A DNA stretch of 53,235 bases, counting the filler, from Sphacelaria rigidula (lineage: Eukaryota), in the NCBI GenBank assembly GCA_964200075.2. It is 3 parts of 3 records of this genome, joined end to end, with 100 filler letters (N's around TTAATTAATTAA, not from the genome) between each part and the next. Parts side by side here need not be neighbours in the genome. Positions count along the whole stretch, not along the records: positions 35,567 to 53,235 come from CAXNAA020001017.1; 2 more parts are not named here. One strand, given 5' to 3'. Positions 47,118-53,235 of this stretch are shown here, piece after piece. The translations under genes were made by a program, and so were the position numbers. Below the pieces are notes generated by a model. It saw only the letters and a program-made list of their open reading frames with translations, made no database searches and was not told the origin of the DNA. Each line of letters starts with the position of its first letter. Position 1 is the stretch's first letter.

Positions 47118-48144
47118 ATTTTATTTTCACGCGAAGCATGGCATACATATATGCACCGTGCTCTAGCTAGTTTTCCAGTACCGTAGGCTACGATTCAGAT
47201 CTCACGGTCGTCGTCCCGGGGATAGCACGCCGTAAGGGGTTGCAGTGGCACTCCCCGGCACGATCCCTGTTGGCGATTTCGGCAGCTGCTCGTGCATTGC
47301 AACAGGGATGCCCGCATTGCCACCTTCGACCTCGTTGCCGCCGCTAAGATCGCTGTGGTTTGCTGGCAAACTCTCCTTTGCACCAAACAGGCCGGTACGT
47401 TCCGAAGCGCCGATGGGTACACGTGCTCGGCCACTCATTTTGCTTCAATCACGATAGACACAAAACGTACGAAGACCGTACTGCAGTTAGTTGTACATTG
47501 GTGATACCGTTTGAAATAGAAGCGATCTCTCGGTATCGATTGGATCTTTTCTTCAGGGCTAGGTCGGATGAGGTATTGTCAGTGTAAAGCATAATACAGC
47601 GTACAATAAGTACAGCAATTATCCGACTTCAGGCTTTATATCATTACAAGAACTCTCATGATGATGGCTCTATGCGAATCTGTTCATCAGTTGGTATCGA
47701 GGAAGAAGCAGGAAGATACAGTCAACGGACGGTGCGCGCACTGCCGATGATAGCTTAATTCTCTCAATAGCTCATGTGTTTCTTCACCTGCTCACTTGAG
47801 ACGATCACAACAGAAGAGATCGCGTGAACAGTACGCCCAGGTTTCTTTTCGAGGGCAGAAGCTGCACGCCCACCTCTCCCACAGTTGCTGAGGAAGTTCT
47901 CGCGTGTTCAACCTTACCTGGTGGTACAGTCAGGCACAATTGAACAGTACAAGTGCGCAACACTTGCCGTGCAGTGCAGGACTCCCAGATCCCTGGTGGG
48001 GTATCTTGTTGTGACCACGGGTCTGAAAATACGATAATCCTAAGTACTGTAGAGCCGGCTGCATCGCGTACAGGTACAGCACAACCGGTAAGCATTTGCC
48101 GTGGTGCACGGTCTTACCAACTGCCTTGCGGTGGATCAAGCGTC

Positions 48145-48333
48145 ATGTCTTCTACTACTGCTGGTTCTGCTTCATCGACTTCTACTCCACCGGTTGTGCC
48201 GGATACCTCCACCGTGATTGAGCGTCGATCGCTGAAAGGGCGCATCACGTCCGTTACTGTCTTCACTACAGGCAATGCAGAGGTTACACGAGTCGTGAAC
48301 ATGACGGCCGAAAGCAAGACCGGCCTTTACGAG
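48145..48333 (+). CDS. First exon of a DUF4140/DUF4139 (MuiA-like) family protein
   Basis: MSSTTAGS...KGRITSVTVFTTGNAEVTRVVNMTAESKTGLYE|GTATGC. The I.sVTVf...AeVTR motif is the N-terminal DUF4140 signature. Later exons were not confidently located. Confidence 0.7.
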
Positions 48334-48534
48334 GTATGCGACGTGATCCTGTACTGCACTGCTGCATCGCCATGTACCAGCGAGGACAAACGTGCGTGCG
48401 CGAGTAATGTACTGTACTTTCTTTTGCGATTGTTTTTATTCGCTGGTGCCGCTTTGATGACTAGCCAGCACAGACCAGGCCATGTTTCCACTGATCGATT
48501 AAGAACTTTATCGGAAACTCATGATTTCGAACAA

Positions 48535-48740
48535 ACTCTAACCGTAACCCCAACTTCAACCGAAGACATACCGAGAACCCTCGAGCAAGGAGGGCGCGTC
48601 GGCAGGTTTAGACGAAAACGCGTTCTGCACACCCTCGGAGCACTTCGAAATGTTAACCCCACTGAAGATCGAGTATCGGTCTTCACGTTCGAATCAAGTA
48701 ATGAAATTCAGGGAAAGTCTTACCGACTGAGAGGCAGTAT
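48535..48740 (+). mobile_element. Repeat homologous to 24145-24390
   Basis: ctaaccgtaacccc...cgagaaccctcgagc...gacgaaaacgcgttctg...aatcaagtaat. Confidence 0.6.
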
Positions 48741-49997
48741 CTACTAAGGCAGCAACAACAGTCTTATTCCCGTTCAATAATATGGAGGCGGTATCTTTGA
48801 AGGGCGTGCTCTAGACACACCACTCTTGGTTTCTGATGTTGTTGAAACTTCCAGTATATGTTGCCTGATGTCGCAGATTGGTGTTGCAGCCACAGGTTCG
48901 ATGGCGCAAGATGCTGTGCTGCGGGGGTAGAAAGGGTGACGATGAGCCTTCTCGCGCTTTAATCGGAACAGTTCATTCGATGTATCATGATAGTTATGGA
49001 GGGTACGATATCACACCAGCCAGGAGGCGACGGCAAATCTTGCAGGATAGACGTTCAACTCCGCCCGCTCATCGCTGGACCCTAACAGTAACACAGGTTA
49101 CAAGCACGGTTGAGGCTTCTCCGTACGTGAGAGGCTGCTGTCCCAAACGTTCACCCGTCGTCTCTCGCCAGACGTCACCGTGAAGCCGAGTCGGTGCTAG
49201 CCATGTGTTCTGCCAAGGACCACTGTGAACCTCGTCGGGAAGGGGGGCGACATTCCCTCACAAACAGCACCAGACATCACGACAGCCTTATCACCACGGG
49301 GGCGATCGTTCTTGTCTTATACCAGAATCAACTTAGATTCCGACCATTGGTGGCTCCTACCTGAAGATTTTGAGCATGGCGCAACATTCACCTAGTGTAT
49401 CTTTTCGGAGTTTTTTACCTACTGTATTCATTTGATCTCACAATGCAACAAAGTGCAATTTTCGTATGAGTAGTCACGGATAGATCGCGGGTATTGCAGC
49501 GCTGCCGAGGCGTGACTCGCGTAGTACAGTCGGCACAGTACGACAGGATACACGCACTTGGTGCCAATTTTGTCTCGGGAGGCCGGACACATTTTGTGTG
49601 TGTTAAGCGCTTCCAATCTACGCATGCAGCACACGCTTTCTTTGCCCCCCGAATGGCTGAGCCATGTTGGTTGCCGGTACGGCCAACTTTACGTGCGGTA
49701 GAATCACTTCTCTTGCAAGCACGCGTTGCCGTCTAAATTCAGCACAATTCGCACCGTGGATCATGATCGTTTGAATACAGTCGGTTGTGCCGCGGCCGCA
49801 AAAGTGATGGTGCTGCACAAGTTGTGGTTGTACAACAATGCATGTCCTCCTGTAGGCGCGCAGTGTCTGAGATGGCACGCAGACGAGGCCTCCAGCGCGC
49901 CAAGGCGTATGGTACCGGTGTGTGAACCGGTGAGCAATGGATGTACAAAGCTTGTAGAGGACGTCGAAAATCCGGCTGAGGGTGTTGTACTCTAATA

Positions 49998-50353
49998 CAG
50001 CCGGTCGCCCCAGTGGCTCGGTTGGTAACCTCGAAACCTTTTAACGGTTGGGTCGTGGGTTCGAATCTCGGAGCGATATGGGATTTTTTCTCGCACAATG
50101 CCCAACGGTGCAGAGCGACTATGTCGTGAGTACACGAAATTCGACTTCATGATCGATGAGGGAAAGGGACTGCTGAACCCCTCTCGCGATAAAAAGGACA
50201 GGTAAGCACCGCAGAAGGAAGGTGGGGAACTAAAACAAGCAGAGAAAAAAACTCCTGTGTTGACCTTTCCGCTGTGTGACCACGGCTGGTGCGCCCACAT
50301 ATATCGAAAGGTGTAGAACAGCGTTCAGAATAGATGGTACAACAGCACACACG
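49998..50353 (+). mobile_element. SINE family S, full length
   Basis: A box tggctcggttgg and B box ggttcgaatc. Imperfect duplication ctctaata/ctctaaaa flanks it. The equivalent empty site is visible at ~33200 (cactttaaaagctaatcaaccgg). Confidence 0.88.
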
Positions 50354-51047
50354 CTCTAAAAGCAAGTCAATCGGTCCTCAACAGAAAAACGCGGTTGCGC
50401 TGGTCAATTTTGAATAGTCTTTTATGAAATTTGACACGATGTACATGAGGCATGTGCGAAGCCCCTATCGTTTCCCCTTTATTTTTTTTGCTTACCCTCA
50501 TGAGTTATTGGTGATCGAACATTCGGGACATGTTCTCTGTACAAAAGCATCGACAACTCATTGAGAGAATAAATCAAGGGGGGACATTACGTCTTTACAA
50601 CATACCTCATGCACATCGTGTAAAAATTTCGTGGAAAAAGGCTTGAAATTGAACAGCATAACCGCGTTTTGGTTATTCGTGGCTGGTCCATCTCCACATC
50701 GGAACCGGTCGTCAACACGACCATGCGATTATGCAGCTGGATTTTGGGTCGTTTCCCATGACATTTTGACACGATGTACAGGGCGTATGTGCAAATACCC
50801 CATCATCTCTCCTCTATACATTGATATATATATATATATATATTCTCCGTGAATTATTGGCGACTAAACATTTCAGAACAGCTTTTTCGGAACTAAATCG
50901 TAAATAACTCATAAAAAAATGTAGGGGAGGGATAATGGGGTCTTTGCACATATGTTCTGTACATCGTCTCAAAAGTTCATTCAAAACGACCCAAAATTGA
51001 GCTGCATAACCGCGTGTTCACGTTCCTGTCCGCGTCTTGCGCGGCCC

Positions 51048-52108
51048 GAGGGGCCCCATATCGGGAAATCCATGCACCACTCCCCCCTTCGCCGCACAAA
51101 CCTTATTGTGGGGTTGGAGGAAGGGGGGGGAGGTACCCGATTTCATGGGAGGGGTACCCCCCTGATCGCTGGATGACGGCGATAGTAGTTGCTGTACTGC
51201 ACCGCACGTGTTTGCCGGTAGCGTCGGCCTGCGCCGCGTGTACCGAAATGGTAGGTGGGGTAAGTCAAAGTAAGTAGAGAAGAACATGCCCGTAGAAGCA
51301 GGGAGTGAAGATCAAAGCGCTTAGGGTACCGGCGCTGGAAATGTGCCGCAGATTCCAGAAGTCTTGCAAGGGGTGAACGTGAAGTGGGCGCGCACGCTTG
51401 CCGCCCAGGAGTTTGCATGAATCTGCCCTTGCGGGCGTAACAATATCAATATCATGTTGATTACATTTCATGACTGCCGCTACCTCGATGTTGGATATTC
51501 TTTTTCGCAACACCACGTCCATAACATTCTCCTTTGCAACCTCCCCCTCTCTTGTGTCACGGTGCAGTATGAATTGCAATATGTAGATATACGCGTTGTA
51601 TAAGCACGGCTGTCTGGCCAAACGTGCGCAAAGTACGTGATCATCTGCAACTCACACATTGTGCCCGTCTATAATATCAGAACATTTTCGTGTCGGCTGG
51701 TAACACCGCACAGTCAACTTACTGCATGTCCATTTCAGTCATTCAGTAGCAGTGCACCGCCCTTCATAGCATGGCGCCCGTATCACGGCGATAGTGCCAG
51801 GTCGGTAGCAACCGGTCTTGCAAAAGCCAGCGGACTCAATATTCATTATCCAGTGATTGCCGCGACTCAAAAGTCATTTTCCAGCCGGCAAAATTGCTCC
51901 CCAATCGCCACAAGAACAACTGACACACCAAAACTCCTCTGTTTTGGGCTGCTAGGCGAACCCGGAGATGTCTAACTGATCCTTCAATTCCGTATACTAG
52001 TGGAGGAAAAGAAGGAATACGTTTTTTTTCCCAAATTGATTTGGCATTTTCCTCATTCTCGACCGCGGGTAGCGGTGGTGCATGGATTTCCCCGATATGG
52101 GGCCCCTC
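51048..52108. mobile_element. Non-autonomous Mutator-like element (9-bp TSD)
   Basis: TIR GAGGGGCCCCATATCGGG(G)AAATCCATGCACCAC at both ends. Exact 9-bp duplication GCGCGGCCC at 51039-51047 and 52109-52117. Confidence 0.88.
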
Positions 52109-53171
52109 GCGCGGCCCAGCCTGTAGTGCAGTGCGCCCCGGTGAAGGCGACCGTAGTACCGTGCGATGGTGAAGTACAGCACTGTTGAGTACAGTGCGAC
52201 TGTAGTTCAGTACACTTTGACGAGTACAGTACAGTACATCACTCCACAAGCACGGTACAATGCCGCATGGGGATACTGTACGGTGGGTGTAGCACTGTAC
52301 AGTGCATATCGTATCTTCATTGCCGTGCGAGACAACATTCTGTCACTTGTCTCATTTTTTGTCTTTCGACCTTCTCACAAGTTATGAACCACCTTCGCAA
52401 AGAAGCTGCACGCGCACTTGCAGTGGAGAACAACTGTTGTTGATAACACGAACCATGATTTTTTGCGCAATTTAGGAGCGTTTCCGTGATGCCAGTCGTA
52501 ATCCAACAACGGAAGGTCACTGTGTGACCGTGACCGTTTTGCGCGATTCATGAGCGTTCTCTTGTAAGGTATCATACAATTGTGTGACACTCCAAGAGCA
52601 ACATGTATACATGGCCGAACAGGCAAAATGTGAGACAAAAATTACAAGATGGCAAAATATGCTGTGGGGTGAAAAAGGCTTAGCTCTCCGCCCCTGACAT
52701 TTTATTCCGAAAGTCGATACATCCGCCTGGCCGCCCTTCTCTTGGTCAAAAAGGCGTTTTTGATCAAACCTTTTTGGTCGTACATGAGGTGGTCCGCGGT
52801 GATTCATTGATTGCCGTACATGTAGTGATCCCCGGTCATTATCCACAAGGTATGTGTACCCAAGGTGAACGAAACAGACACACTCGTTGTATGGAACTCG
52901 AGAAAGCAAGAAGACAAGGGGAAAAAAGATGATGAAACAAGCAGATTAAAACTGAAGAAAAAGGAGCGACAGACGAAACAAGAACAGAATAGAATAGAAT
53001 AAAATCACATGAAAGCGAAGGAAGGAAAAAGTTGGAGACGAATGACCACGATTAACCGACGCTGATGAAAATAGTTGAAACAACCACAAAGGGAGGAAAA
53101 CAATGAAGGGGGCAAGAAATGGCCGGCCCCTACGACATGGTTTCAGGTTGAAAAGTAAGAAGGCTGCGACA

Positions 53172-53235
53172 GGGGGTGTACTCATGATCATGCTTGCCAT
53201 AGTCATAAGACCATTGACCTCGCATCCCTACAAAG
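53172..53235 (+). mobile_element. Family G end fragment at contig edge
   Basis: gggggtgtactcatgatcatgcttgccatagtcataagaccattgacctcgcatccctacaaag. Confidence 0.75.

Larger units (their letters stand above)
49770..52123 (+). mobile_element. Family A TIR element containing a SINE and a MULE-like insertion
   Basis: Homologous to 32985-33306 and 15190-15800. The right end is gcggcccagcctg|ta at 52123. The left boundary is approximate. Confidence 0.7.

Overview
Eukaryotic, intron-rich and transposon-rich DNA, most likely from a brown alga (Phaeophyceae), judging by the EsV-1-7 repeat gene, short exons with long introns, and TTAGGG-type repeats. The window is not contiguous. Two identical artificial 100-bp linkers (N44-TTAATTAATTAA-N44) join three pieces of 17695, 17671 and 17669 bp, which look like size-sorted unplaced contigs. 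Piece 1 carries a long ORF with about 23 tandem 38-aa EsV-1-7 (C-x4-C...C-x2-H) repeats whose variation is concentrated at a few fixed positions, followed by a basic NLS-like motif and two SUMO-consensus motifs. This candidate modular nucleic-acid-binding protein is the most interesting feature. The rest of piece 1 is nested non-autonomous transposons. Piece 2 holds the last exon of an ankyrin protein ending in RDEL, weak exon candidates, SINEs and fold-back elements. Piece 3 holds eight phase-consistent exons of a CFAP52/WDR16-like WD40 gene, the first exon of a DUF4140-type gene, a ~60-bp minisatellite and nested transposons. Two perfect long hairpins (74-bp and 92-bp arms) are small-RNA candidates. 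No database search could be run; family names come from motif recognition.
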